From sequence record NZ_LC532224.1: 64,000 nucleotides of DNA; one strand, given 5' to 3'. Below the pieces are notes generated by a model. The model did no database searches. It was not told the DNA's origin and saw only the letters and a list, made by a program, of their open reading frames with translations. Positions 20,230-29,793 of the stretch are shown one piece after another. This DNA is from a plasmid. The position numbers and the translations under genes are program-made. Position 1 is the stretch's first letter. Every line of letters begins with the position of its first letter.

Positions 20230-20766
20230 TTAATGTATTGCCGAAGTATGCTGCATCATGATGGTGGTGCGGGGAAAGATTTCAAACTTCCACAATTCTG
20301 AAGCCGTGTTCCAACCATGAAAGATCCCGTCTCCACAGCGAGTGTTAAAAGCAAGAATTTCATCCCTGACCTGGTAAGCGAGCACTTCTGGCATATCAAT
20401 AAACTCAGGTAAGGAAAGAAGAATTCCATGGATAACTTCTCCGGTTAACTTACTCATAACCTCTTCCTCAGACAGGGCAGCGTCCGGGAACAAACACAAC
20501 GGAAGTGAAAAACAACATAGGTCAAGACCAATAGCAGCCCTTCCTGCGTCGTAGCCTTCTTCATTAACGACAAAACGAAAGAATTTTTCTGTCTCACCCC
20601 GTAATGATGACGGTCCTTCAGACGGAACTTCAATACCACTGAAGACTTTATCGGTCCAGTTGGTAAAAGGACTGGTGAAAACCCAACAAATTAAGGATAA
20701 CGCCAGCTCTTCCTTAAACATACGTTCAGTGCCGGTAGTTCTGGAAAGTTGCTTTTGAGTACTCAT
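20230..20766 (-). CDS. hypothetical protein
   Basis: 178-aa ORF. Confidence 0.4.
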   Translation of the reverse strand: MSTQKQLSRTTGTERMFKEELALSLICWVFTSPFTNWTDKVFSGIEVPSEGPSSLRGETEKFFRFVVNEEGYDAGRAAIGLDLCCFSLPLCLFPDAALSEEEVMSKLTGEVIHGILLSLPEFIDMPEVLAYQVRDEILAFNTRCGDGIFHGWNTASELWKFEIFPRTTIMMQHTSAIH

Positions 20767-20839
20767 GTTTTACCTGTTGCATGAAATTATTGATGTTATA
20801 TAAACACAACCGGCATTTTATCTAATAGGTTTGAAAACA

Positions 20840-21097
20840 CTAAAAATCGCAAATGCTGGTACCTTTCTGTTTTAAGAGATTTTCAAGGTAAAGTGAGGCT
20901 AGATCAATTGGCTGGTTCTCTTCAAGACAGGCTCGCACAAGATCTTCAATAGAGACCGAATCAACCCCCCTTCCCTGTAAAATTTCTTTAGCAGATGCCA
21001 GCGTTTTATGAACGCTTCGACTTAGTTGTAATCTGACTTGTGTGCGGGTATCAAAAAGACAATCTTCTGTGACACTTTGTGAAACGGTTCTACTCAT
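20840..21097 (-). CDS. hypothetical small protein
   Basis: 85-aa ORF. Confidence 0.35.
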   Translation of the reverse strand: MSRTVSQSVTEDCLFDTRTQVRLQLSRSVHKTLASAKEILQGRGVDSVSIEDLVRACLEENQPIDLASLYLENLLKQKGTSICDF

Positions 21098-21104
21098 TGA
21101 AAAA

Positions 21105-21695
21105 TCACTCCATTTCTGGGATCGAATGAAAATTAACAGCTATAGATGTATCAGGTTTCCCATTTTCTACGATACTCAACCACGTACGCGCTGAGATTTG
21201 TTGTTCACAGACGAGTATGTAACCTGTTCCCTGTTGATGATGTAGCTCAAGAGCTTTTAGGATAGGCTCTGAATGAGGTCCGAGAGCATCACGCGTGTGA
21301 ATAAGCGTTTGCTCTGGCAATACGTTGCTAAGCATAGACAGCAGAACATTACGCTCATCCTCATTATCCGACAAAACAAGAATTATACGAAAACCCGTTT
21401 TTATACGAAATCTGATTTCTGAAACTAACTTTCTTAATCTTAATTTATATATGACCAGGCGGAATCGAGTCATCAGTAAAGAGACCACTGTGAAGATAAC
21501 GATTACTGCGCCATATTTTGACCTGTAGAACCACCAGTTAAGGCCTCCAGCAACTATCAGGATTAACATTAAAATTAAACTCCCATAGAAAAAAAGTGCT
21601 GGGTAGCGAGTTGTCTTTCCTTCAATTAGTGCTGAGGCAAATATCAAAATGGATATTCCGTAAATTACCCAGTCAAAAATACTTTCTCCAATCAT
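21105..21695 (-). CDS. membrane-anchored hypothetical protein
   Basis: 196 aa; N-terminal TM helices, soluble C-terminal domain. Confidence 0.4.
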   Translation of the reverse strand: MIGESIFDWVIYGISILIFASALIEGKTTRYPALFFYGSLILMLILIVAGGLNWWFYRSKYGAVIVIFTVVSLLMTRFRLVIYKLRLRKLVSEIRFRIKTGFRIILVLSDNEDERNVLLSMLSNVLPEQTLIHTRDALGPHSEPILKALELHHQQGTGYILVCEQQISARTWLSIVENGKPDTSIAVNFHSIPEME

Positions 21696-21739
21696 TCTTT
21701 AGTGAACATCCTTAAAAGTGGAAATGTAGGTTTATGGGT

Positions 21740-22045
21740 TTATGCATTTTCCTGATGGCCTTGACAACCAAGGATTTCACAGAAATTGTCACAGTGTGAA
21801 GCTGTAACAAAGCGCTCTCCACGTTCGAATCGCTCAACCAAATCCTTTCTTACTTCACTTCCAGGTTTCTGGAAGATGTACTCAAGCTGGAGATCCTCGG
21901 CCGTTGAAAGTAGTCGTTCTATGCTGAAATCAACATGGTAAAAGCAAAACTGATTATCAACCGGGGGAAAGTTGCTTTTGGTACTGTTCTCGTTTTTGGA
22001 TTTTAGTTCATTCATGAGCTCTCCTTGGTTGAGAACAGTATACAA
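21740..22045 (-). CDS. hypothetical Cys-containing small protein
   Basis: 101 aa; C-terminal CDNFCEILGC. Confidence 0.35.
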   Translation of the reverse strand: MYTVLNQGELMNELKSKNENSTKSNFPPVDNQFCFYHVDFSIERLLSTAEDLQLEYIFQKPGSEVRKDLVERFERGERFVTASHCDNFCEILGCQGHQENA

Positions 22046-22278
22046 ATCTCTTTAGGGATTTTTTTTCGTTAATAGCACTTTTTTGAGTTTAAAGAGTATG
22101 TTCATACCAGAGCATTAGAGGCTACGAAAAGGATAATGGAATTAGAAAGATAGATTTTAAGTGGTGATGTAAGGTGGGATAGGTAGAAGAGGAGTAGACG
22201 CTTGTAAGCGAGGCAAAAAAAAGGCACGGAAACCGTGCCATAAGAGTATGTGAGAAAAAATCAAAATCAGGGAAAGAA

Positions 22279-23235
22279 TCAAGCAGCTTGTGAAACTGAA
22301 TCTCCAACTGCAAGATTTAAATTTCTTAGGTTATCGAAAACTTCAGATACTAAGTCATTACGGTCGTGGATTTTAATCCGCCCACCGGTTAACTCTGAAA
22401 CATAAACGGTATGGCAGAGGTCAGTAACCACTTCGCCGTATTCATCAACGACTTCCAAAGATGCAATCATCGGAATATAAGAAGCCGCAGCATAGCTCTC
22501 ATAAATACTTATTATGGAGTCATTGTTGCGTCGAGAAATTACCCTACCAGAAGGTAAAGCCTCATCTTCCATATAGCAATCAGATAGGTCCTCACAGAAG
22601 TCATTTTCTTTAAGTGAAATATTAAGGGTCAATTCACTGTTGATAGAGCGTGAATAAGAATATTCACTCAGTTTATAGCAAGCCAAACTTATATCACTAA
22701 AAGTTTCATAAGCTTTATAGAGGCTCGATGTTATAGACTCAGATACAAATGTTATTAGTCCAATAAAATGAGTATCCCAGAACTGTTGCAAAGCAAAACG
22801 GGCAATCATAACCTGACCATCAACCTGCATCAGTCTGTTATATTCATCCCGGTCATAACCTTTCGACTGAGAAACATCATTAGACATGCTAAGAACTTCA
22901 CTACAAACATCATCATATTCAAAACGGCTAGTTGCAAAGTGTTTTCCTGAAATCTCAAGGTACTGACCAGAGACTGCGTCAAACACCTCAAGAAAGTAAC
23001 AGAGTCGAGATTTTAAAGATTCTCTGTTTAAAGCTTCTATTTCATTCTCAGAGATACTATCGACATATAAATCAACAGCATTCTTGAGTTCAATAGCTTT
23101 GATATTACAGGTAAAAGAAAGCTCGTCACTTTGACAATGGCAAACACTTAATACTATATCCGCCTCATCAAAATCTATGCCAAGATAGCTCAGAACTGCT
23201 CGGACATAGTTTTTATCATCAGATGAATGTGTCAT
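22279..23235 (-). CDS. paralog-family protein A (unknown function)
   Basis: ATG at 23235 behind GAGGTAGTGTAT; clear similarity to 23407..24345 product. Confidence 0.55.
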   Translation of the reverse strand: MTHSSDDKNYVRAVLSYLGIDFDEADIVLSVCHCQSDELSFTCNIKAIELKNAVDLYVDSISENEIEALNRESLKSRLCYFLEVFDAVSGQYLEISGKHFATSRFEYDDVCSEVLSMSNDVSQSKGYDRDEYNRLMQVDGQVMIARFALQQFWDTHFIGLITFVSESITSSLYKAYETFSDISLACYKLSEYSYSRSINSELTLNISLKENDFCEDLSDCYMEDEALPSGRVISRRNNDSIISIYESYAAASYIPMIASLEVVDEYGEVVTDLCHTVYVSELTGGRIKIHDRNDLVSEVFDNLRNLNLAVGDSVSQAA

Positions 23236-23406
23236 ATACACTACCTCAAATTTGAGAGGAAGTGCCCCAGAAGGGAAGCGACTTCCCCACTGGGTTAGAT
23301 AAAAGTTTGGTTAAGCTAAAAGAAGATGCCAGCGACAGATTTTACATTGTCATAGACAAGTGTCTTCAGCCAACCAAAGTTACTTTTTTGGACTGAAGCA
23401 AAAGGA

Positions 23407-24345
23407 TCATTGAGACGCGTTACGAAAATCGTCAAAAGCTTCAGTTATTAGTAATGTGCGATCAGTTACTCTGTATCGGTCATTACTTTCGAGAGATACG
23501 TAAGTTGAATGCGAAGAATCACAGACAACACGCCCTCTTTTATTGATCAATCTTACTTCCATCATCACCGGCACATTGATAATTGAAGCAACATCGGTAT
23601 AGAGGGATATGAGGGCATCATTGTCACAATATAACGCCCCGTTCCCATCAAATGTATCGTTAAACTTAATATATATATCTGGCATATTTGCCGGATAATC
23701 ATCAGTATTGAAATCAATGCATAACTTTAAGTCATCATTAATACGGCGATTAATCTTATGCTGCCCAACACGTACAAAGCCATGTTCAACAGCTTTGATA
23801 ATCCTTAAAGTTTCATTAAGACAATCTGTAATTCTTTTCTCGACAAATGAGATAAAGTCACCAAAGTCGGAATGAAAAAACTGTTTAAGTGCAAATTTCG
23901 CAACTAACACTTTCCCATCCACCTTCATTTTATCGAGATAAAGATTTCTTATAGCATCAGTAGAAGAATTAGCTTTAGATAACTCTTCACAGTCATTAAT
24001 AATCATTGAAACAATATCAATAACTTTAACTGGGCTTAAAGTATTACTATATCCGCGAATATCAAACGTAAAAAATCCGAAATTCTTAAATACTCCAAGA
24101 AAATAAATTATTTTTTGTTTCAAAAGAATAGAATCGGAGTAAGATGCGTTGTGCTTTATTAGTTCAGATATGTAGAGATCCAACATACAATTTAAATTAT
24201 CGATATCTACATCGTAATCAAAGGTTACTTTGTCGAACGAAGTATCAGATAATTGAACGGTTATATCGTCAGCGGGAACATTAAGGCCTAAATTTTGATA
24301 AAGAAAGGCACTAACAAATTCCACGTGGTCAGATTCTTTAAACAT
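23407..24345 (-). CDS. paralog-family protein B
   Basis: 312 aa; aligns with 22279 product (VDGKVLVAKFALKQF vs VDGQVMIARFALQQF); SD GAGG 8 nt upstream. Confidence 0.55.
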   Translation of the reverse strand: MFKESDHVEFVSAFLYQNLGLNVPADDITVQLSDTSFDKVTFDYDVDIDNLNCMLDLYISELIKHNASYSDSILLKQKIIYFLGVFKNFGFFTFDIRGYSNTLSPVKVIDIVSMIINDCEELSKANSSTDAIRNLYLDKMKVDGKVLVAKFALKQFFHSDFGDFISFVEKRITDCLNETLRIIKAVEHGFVRVGQHKINRRINDDLKLCIDFNTDDYPANMPDIYIKFNDTFDGNGALYCDNDALISLYTDVASIINVPVMMEVRLINKRGRVVCDSSHSTYVSLESNDRYRVTDRTLLITEAFDDFRNASQ

Positions 24346-24361
24346 TTACACTACCTCATGA

Positions 24362-24411
24362 CTAAAAAGGAAGTGCTTCCCACCGGGAAGCAAGTTCCCG
24401 GATGGGTTAGA
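24362..24411 (-). repeat. intergenic hairpin pair
   Basis: GGAAGTGCTTCC + CCCACCGGGAAGCAAGTTCCCGGATGGG; sense strand reads stop, ATCTAACCCA box, hairpins, T5, GAGGTAGTGTAAATG. Confidence 0.65.
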
Positions 24412-25332
24412 TTAATTATAAAAGAGTTCTTCAGAAGGTACATGCATTTCTGGTTTGAACTGTTTTAAGGAGTTGTTTATAGCTTTTCGATATAACCCTG
24501 AAGAGTGTGGCTTAAACATTTGATATTCCGTAACGAGCAGAGGAGACGTAAAGCATCCTAAGTTCACTAGTGAAATATTTGATGTTTCTTCACAAACATC
24601 TAATTCAGCGTATATCCGCCTCTTCATTACCCTGCCTGCTAAATAGCGACGAACATGATTTATAAACTTGTCCGCATCTGATATAGAATTAACTATATAA
24701 TCAGATGTGACTATCTGATTAGATACAGTTTCAGGTATAGCTTCGGCTATTATTTTTACGTTCATTTCATAATCAACACTATGGAAGCAAGCAAGAATTT
24801 GTGGCTTCGCGCTTTCTAAAATCTTTTCAAGAACAGAAAAAATCAGAGAGAACTCGTTTAAAATTCGCTTTTGTATAAGTCCATGTAGATGTTTTATGAA
24901 AGGAGAACCGTGTTCAACAAGGCCTAGTATAAGATCCTTAGAGGCCAAATCTGAGCGGTAATAAACGTATTCTAGATTATCCCGGTTAAATCCTTTGATA
25001 AGCAAATCAGGCTGCTCTGAGACCAGTCGTAAATGAGTTGAAGCTATAGAAACTTCAAAACGAAAGTTCGCGAGATTTACAGGGCCTGCTTTTAATGTAG
25101 CCGCTTCGGAAAAATAAATGAAAAGAGGATGCAAATCATCGTTACCACAGTAAAGATGGTCTGCGCCCTTAAGATATTTCACCAAATGAGGTAGAAAAGA
25201 TATTACTGGAATATCAGCCACAAATCGAATATGCCGAAATGGTTTTGAATCCAAATATATATTTTCCACTACAGCGCCAACAAAACCCATTTTAACAAGA
25301 ATAGATTCAACTAACTTTTGTATCGCATTCAT
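24412..25332 (-). CDS. paralog-family protein C (more distant)
   Basis: 306 aa; same size class and organisation; SD AGAGGG. Confidence 0.5.
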   Translation of the reverse strand: MNAIQKLVESILVKMGFVGAVVENIYLDSKPFRHIRFVADIPVISFLPHLVKYLKGADHLYCGNDDLHPLFIYFSEAATLKAGPVNLANFRFEVSIASTHLRLVSEQPDLLIKGFNRDNLEYVYYRSDLASKDLILGLVEHGSPFIKHLHGLIQKRILNEFSLIFSVLEKILESAKPQILACFHSVDYEMNVKIIAEAIPETVSNQIVTSDYIVNSISDADKFINHVRRYLAGRVMKRRIYAELDVCEETSNISLVNLGCFTSPLLVTEYQMFKPHSSGLYRKAINNSLKQFKPEMHVPSEELFYN

Positions 25333-25339
25333 TTAAATA

Positions 25340-25379
25340 CCCTCTTAATAGAGGGATTTCTCCCAAAGGGAGAAATCCC
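25340..25379 (-). repeat. intergenic hairpin element (CCCTCT-TAAT-AGAGGG plus GGGATTTCTCCC-AAA-GGGAGAAATCCC)
   Basis: 12-bp perfect stem; SD of downstream gene lies in the smaller stem. Confidence 0.7.
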
Positions 25380-25400
25380 TATGGGAGAAAATAATTTTAA

Positions 25401-26337
25401 TTAATAATTGTAGCGAAGCGCATGTTCTTTTTCACTAAGATGGTTTTCATATTCCGACTTACCAGAACTTAAACACTCTTTGAAAAAGACCTTTGAAAAA
25501 TTCTTCAAGTCACTTCGGTTGTTAATTTCTTTGTCAGACATCAACTTAGCTGAGTGTGAGGTATCCACAGGCCCCAACCACCATTCATATTTAATATAAA
25601 CACAATTGGTTTTTGTATGTCCATTTAGAAATCGTTTTGCATTTCTAAGTATTTTTCTACAACCGTTAAGGTCTGAAAGTAAGATATCTGGAGCAATGAG
25701 CTCTTCCAGAATATGACCAGGTAAGCCTTTCCTAAAAAGCTCAACATCGTAACTACAATACCAGTCACGATAATTAAAAGCTTTAATAAGTCTTTCAGGT
25801 GTATCCAAAGATATCTTATTCAGGATTTTTAATGCAAAGCATACAGCATCTTTTAACAACTCGTGCACCTCAACATTGATAAATGAGAAAAACGAGCTTA
25901 ATTCTTTCTCTAAGGAATTATACAACTTACCGTAAATATCCTGAGAAAAAAGATACTGCAATCTTTCTTTATTATAAGTGCAATTCGAAATTGAATAGAC
26001 TTCTCCTCTTTCGATTTTGCACCCTTCCCTTAAAACTATAGGAAACCTCAAATGGTTAACAATGAAAGAATGATTCTTTCTTTGCTTCAAAGCATCTAAT
26101 TGAAATTTCGTAATTTCCTCCAGATTTGCATCTTCAAAACCTGGAAAGGGAATATCACAGAAACAAGAACTATATGCTTTTGCTGATTCATACATAAACT
26201 CCAGTGAAACATCAGCATCAAAAGACATACCAGAGAACATGCCCTGCCCATTGTCTAAAAATGTAATGTTTTTAACCTGTATTTTTTTATGTTGAACAAC
26301 CAAAAAGGCATTAATGATTTTTTCGATAATTTTCATG
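25401..26337 (-). CDS. paralog-family protein D (more distant)
   Basis: start reassigned to ATG 26337 (MKIIEK) with SD GAGAGG; the longer ORF-track start reads through the intergenic hairpins. Confidence 0.5.
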
Positions 26338-26351
26338 TGATCCTCTCTCAA

Positions 26352-26395
26352 TAAAAAAGGGATCACTCCCATATGGGGTGTGATCCCCACATGGG
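26352..26395 (-). repeat. intergenic hairpin pair
   Basis: A6, GGGATCACTCCC, ATATG, GGGGTGTGATCCCC, CCCACATGGG. Confidence 0.65.
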
Positions 26396-26405
26396 TATAA
26401 TTTAA

Positions 26406-27284
26406 TTAAAAATCTGTAAGACCTAAATCTTTATTTCTACCACAAACTGTAGAAGATATAAGACGTTTTACTCGCTTTCGAGCACTTCGGCCTGACGTAT
26501 CTTTCAAGTACATCGGTAATGACAATGATGAGATTTGATTACTTCGCTTATGATGGCAGACTATATAGCCCTGCCTCCACCCCGAACGCACAAACTCACG
26601 GATGCGGTTAATATATGCCGAAGCTTGAGATTTTGTACTTATCGATTCAGAACACTTTAAGTTCTGTTCGATAGAGTAAAGCTCAGCCGCCATTAATTTC
26701 ACCTCATACAGGTCATCCCCATAACTTATAGTTTTCAACAGCTCTTCCTTTTCCCGAATGAAAAATACTTGCTGCATTCCAAGGATCAGGTCATAGGCCT
26801 CTCGAAAGAGGTCGATAAGCTTATTACGAACATAAATCATAAACTCCTCAAAGTGCTGAAGCCAGAAATAAGCCGCATTACTTATTTGTGAATTGTGAGA
26901 ACAAACAAGCCCTTTAGCAAGCTCGACCTCTTCCTCCCGAAAAGTAAAGTTACTTTTCTTAAACCGACTTTGTTCAAAAATGCTTTGATGCATTTCTATC
27001 CATACAGAAACAAAACCGAGGGATTCAAATTCTTCGTTTAACAAATGTAAACTTTCGAAGATTTTCTGAATTTCGATCCCGATGTCATATGACAGTGGAC
27101 ATTCTTTTATAGAATAAACATAACCGGGTAGGAAGTGAGATAAATGCTCAGTTCGCAAATATAAACTGAATTTAAGTTCTGTCAGTGGTTGTTTCAAAGA
27201 TAATTTAGATGATTCGCTTATATTTACTGGTTCAACACCATTTCTAATCAAAATAGCTTTTACCAGGTCCGTAGCTAACTTCAT
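26406..27284 (-). CDS. paralog-family protein E (more distant)
   Basis: 292 aa; SD GGAGG. Confidence 0.5.
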   Translation of the reverse strand: MKLATDLVKAILIRNGVEPVNISESSKLSLKQPLTELKFSLYLRTEHLSHFLPGYVYSIKECPLSYDIGIEIQKIFESLHLLNEEFESLGFVSVWIEMHQSIFEQSRFKKSNFTFREEEVELAKGLVCSHNSQISNAAYFWLQHFEEFMIYVRNKLIDLFREAYDLILGMQQVFFIREKEELLKTISYGDDLYEVKLMAAELYSIEQNLKCSESISTKSQASAYINRIREFVRSGWRQGYIVCHHKRSNQISSLSLPMYLKDTSGRSARKRVKRLISSTVCGRNKDLGLTDF

Positions 27285-27362
27285 ACAGCCTCCAGTCGTT
27301 ATTGAGGCCTCCCTGATGCAGGTTGGCCATCAGGGAAAATATGTAAATCAATTAGCAACCAA

Positions 27363-27884
27363 TCAGACCGTTGCCATTACATTGTCAATGTATCTGACAA
27401 GGGATGGGCGGTCGTCCTGTAAGGCAAAACGGCGAAGGTCATCAAGATTATACGCAGGAAGATAATCAGCGTAACCTCGAATACGAAGGTCCTCAACCAC
27501 AACTTTTATATACTCAAATCGTCCAAGATTTCCTTTTAATGGGGGTTTTCCTGGACTAGACAGCATATCGTCTGCTTGCTCCCATGTGATTTCTTTAGCT
27601 TCACCACTATGTAGATCAAGATGGACATATATGAATGACTTATAATCTCCACGGCAACGAAGATAATATTTCGGATAGAAATATTTGTCACAACGCAACA
27701 AACACGTTCCTGAAGGACGAACTACGTACAACAGGTTTCTGTCATTTTCTAATATGCCATGTTTCAAAATCGTTATATCTATCTCATTATCATGCAGCAA
27801 ATAGCATGACGATGGTTCATTGACGATGCGCGATTTTATAACAGCAGCAAATTTATTAAAAACTTCGTTAGTTTGAAAATTCAT
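27363..27884 (-). CDS. hypothetical protein
   Basis: 173 aa; SD GGAGAG; preceded (in its sense) by 270-nt spacer with palindrome. Confidence 0.45.
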   Translation of the reverse strand: MNFQTNEVFNKFAAVIKSRIVNEPSSCYLLHDNEIDITILKHGILENDRNLLYVVRPSGTCLLRCDKYFYPKYYLRCRGDYKSFIYVHLDLHSGEAKEITWEQADDMLSSPGKPPLKGNLGRFEYIKVVVEDLRIRGYADYLPAYNLDDLRRFALQDDRPSLVRYIDNVMATV

Positions 27885-28077
27885 TAAAATGCTCTCCGAT
27901 GTAAAACGACGAGCATCACCATAACGGTAATACTCCCGTTATGGGTTTTAATAGTTTATGGAATAACCATGTCATACAACCGACCATAGCCAGTAGTACC
28001 GCACATTTATTTAACTGAGCAAGCATCTCAGCCGTGAAAAGACCTTAAAGGCAGGTAATTATCACGAAGGAAAGCGG

Positions 28078-28120
28078 TTATCTTATCAATACAATTTAAA
28101 AAATAATATTGATAAGATAA
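28078..28120. repeat. perfect 14-bp inverted repeat TTATCTTATCAATA / TATTGATAAGATAA with 15-nt AT spacer
   Basis: read directly; immediately followed by GC hairpin CCCCCGCAAAATGCGGGGG (28124-28142) at the primase 3' end. Confidence 0.8.
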
Positions 28121-28153
28121 CCCCCCCCGCAAAATGCGGGGGAGTTATCGTTG

Positions 28154-29386
28154 TTACAGCTGATTAAGACATTCAGGAGCCCAGTGAATCGGGAATCCAT
28201 CCTGCCCTGTTAACTGGAGAACATCGTTCCAGTCGATACCCTTTTTCCCATCAGGAATATCTTGTGCTGGTTCGAAGACTTCAATTGTCAGCTTTGATGC
28301 GGGATATCGTTTAGCCAAAAACTCAACCATGCGGCTTTGAAGTCGCTGAGCAGCTTCGATACCGGCACGAGTGCCTTGTGAGTTAGCAATATCCTTATCC
28401 GCCCAGATATAAAAGTTTATATATTTTACATCCGGCGGAGGCAGTAAAAAATCAGGAACAGTAACGTTTTCAAGGCACCATGCGGAGCTGGCTGCCCAGC
28501 ATGGTGTTGAAGTCGCTTCTACAACAGAAAGCGCATTCTCGATCCCTTCAGCCACTCCCAGTGTCCAGGTCGAACTACCTGAATCATAGTGAGGGTCAAA
28601 CAACTGAATTGAGCCACCTGTCATATCGGCAGGAGGCTTCATCATCAGCTTTGGATTTTCTACAGGTGCCTTATCACCGTTTTTGTCTACGTATGTTCTA
28701 TGGATAGTCAGAGGCCGACCTCGGGTGTCACGATAGATTGCAATCATTCCCGGATAGATAATCGATTTCTGCTTATCTTTATCCCAATAGTAGATCCGGT
28801 TATTAAAGCCTAAATCCTTTGGTAAGTGACTCAGTAAGCGGGAGATCCCACGATTACGGAGGTACAAAGCAACAGGAGTATTAGGCTTTATTTCACCGGT
28901 ATAGTGATACATCACATCAAGTTTTCGCATTCGCTTTGCCACTTCCTCTCGGTCAAGAGTTTCTGTGGCACGAACTGCTGATTTATAGCGTCGTTCATTT
29001 TCAATGTCGGCGTCAGTTAACGGAGCATGCAGATCCATCCCGAAAAAATCTGAGAGAATCTTTTTGCAAGTCTGCGTTTTACTTAATTCATAATATTTCG
29101 CCAGAACATCAATTCCGTCGCAAAACTCATTTACCGGAAAGTCATTATGGATCGCACATCCGGTATAAAGGTCTTTTTGCCGGAAACGAAACTTCGATTT
29201 CCCTGCGCCAGTAAACGGGCAAGGAACCTGGCTCGGGGCTTTTGCACAAGCGTCTTTGAAAGCAGGTATTCTTTCGAATATATACTTCCAGCCAGACACT
29301 TCAGCAATTCGAGCATGAACGAGTTTAATAAAGTGTTCAGATACTTCCTGTGGTTTACGACGAAGAGCCGGGGATGCATAAGTCAT
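28154..29386 (-). CDS. Toprim-domain DNA primase-like protein with degenerate N-terminal zinc-ribbon region
   Basis: CPFTGAGKSKFRF resembles primase zinc-binding motif with missing Cys; downstream Toprim-like E...YIWADKD; start at MTYASPAL with SD AAGAGAG. Confidence 0.5.
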   Translation of the reverse strand: MTYASPALRRKPQEVSEHFIKLVHARIAEVSGWKYIFERIPAFKDACAKAPSQVPCPFTGAGKSKFRFRQKDLYTGCAIHNDFPVNEFCDGIDVLAKYYELSKTQTCKKILSDFFGMDLHAPLTDADIENERRYKSAVRATETLDREEVAKRMRKLDVMYHYTGEIKPNTPVALYLRNRGISRLLSHLPKDLGFNNRIYYWDKDKQKSIIYPGMIAIYRDTRGRPLTIHRTYVDKNGDKAPVENPKLMMKPPADMTGGSIQLFDPHYDSGSSTWTLGVAEGIENALSVVEATSTPCWAASSAWCLENVTVPDFLLPPPDVKYINFYIWADKDIANSQGTRAGIEAAQRLQSRMVEFLAKRYPASKLTIEVFEPAQDIPDGKKGIDWNDVLQLTGQDGFPIHWAPECLNQL

Positions 29387-29499
29387 GATGATCTCTCTTA
29401 TCTGGCATTGTGAGTTTCTCAATGCCTTCTGCGGTGCAGAAGACAGGGAGAAACCCACAACGCAGAATTTAAGAAAGAGGGCCCGGGGGCCCTCAACAT

Positions 29500-29721
29500 T
29501 TATGCTTCAGTCGTGAAGCCATTATTCTCAAGACGCTGTATGTAGTTATCTACAAGTAACGCAGCCTGCTGGCTATTACCCTCCGCTATAGTGACTTCGC
29601 GGAAGATTCTTTCCTGAGGGCTATCATTGCTTATAACTTCACCAACACGTCCGAAAATACGGACTTTATGCATCGCACCGACTTTTTCATGTTCTACACG
29701 GTAAGTTTTTATCTGAGTCAT
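29500..29721 (-). CDS. small hypothetical protein
   Basis: 73 aa; SD GGAG. Confidence 0.35.
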   Translation of the reverse strand: MTQIKTYRVEHEKVGAMHKVRIFGRVGEVISNDSPQERIFREVTIAEGNSQQAALLVDNYIQRLENNGFTTEA

Positions 29722-29744
29722 ATTTTGCTCCTTATTCCTTCATG

Positions 29745-29790
29745 GAGCAAAAAGACCCACCGGGGCCTTTTTGCCCCGATTGGGTAGAGT
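29745..29790 (-). repeat. intergenic element with alternative folds
   Basis: GCAAAAAG..CTTTTTGC competes with ACCCA-CC-GGGGC-CTTTTT-GCCCC-GAT-TGGGT. Confidence 0.6.
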
Positions 29791-29793
29791 TTA

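Noticed and set aside
25401-26390. 329-aa version of paralog D starting MGITPHMGV
   Set aside because: The extension reads through the intergenic hairpins. ATG 26337 has a proper SD and matches the organisation of the sibling genes.
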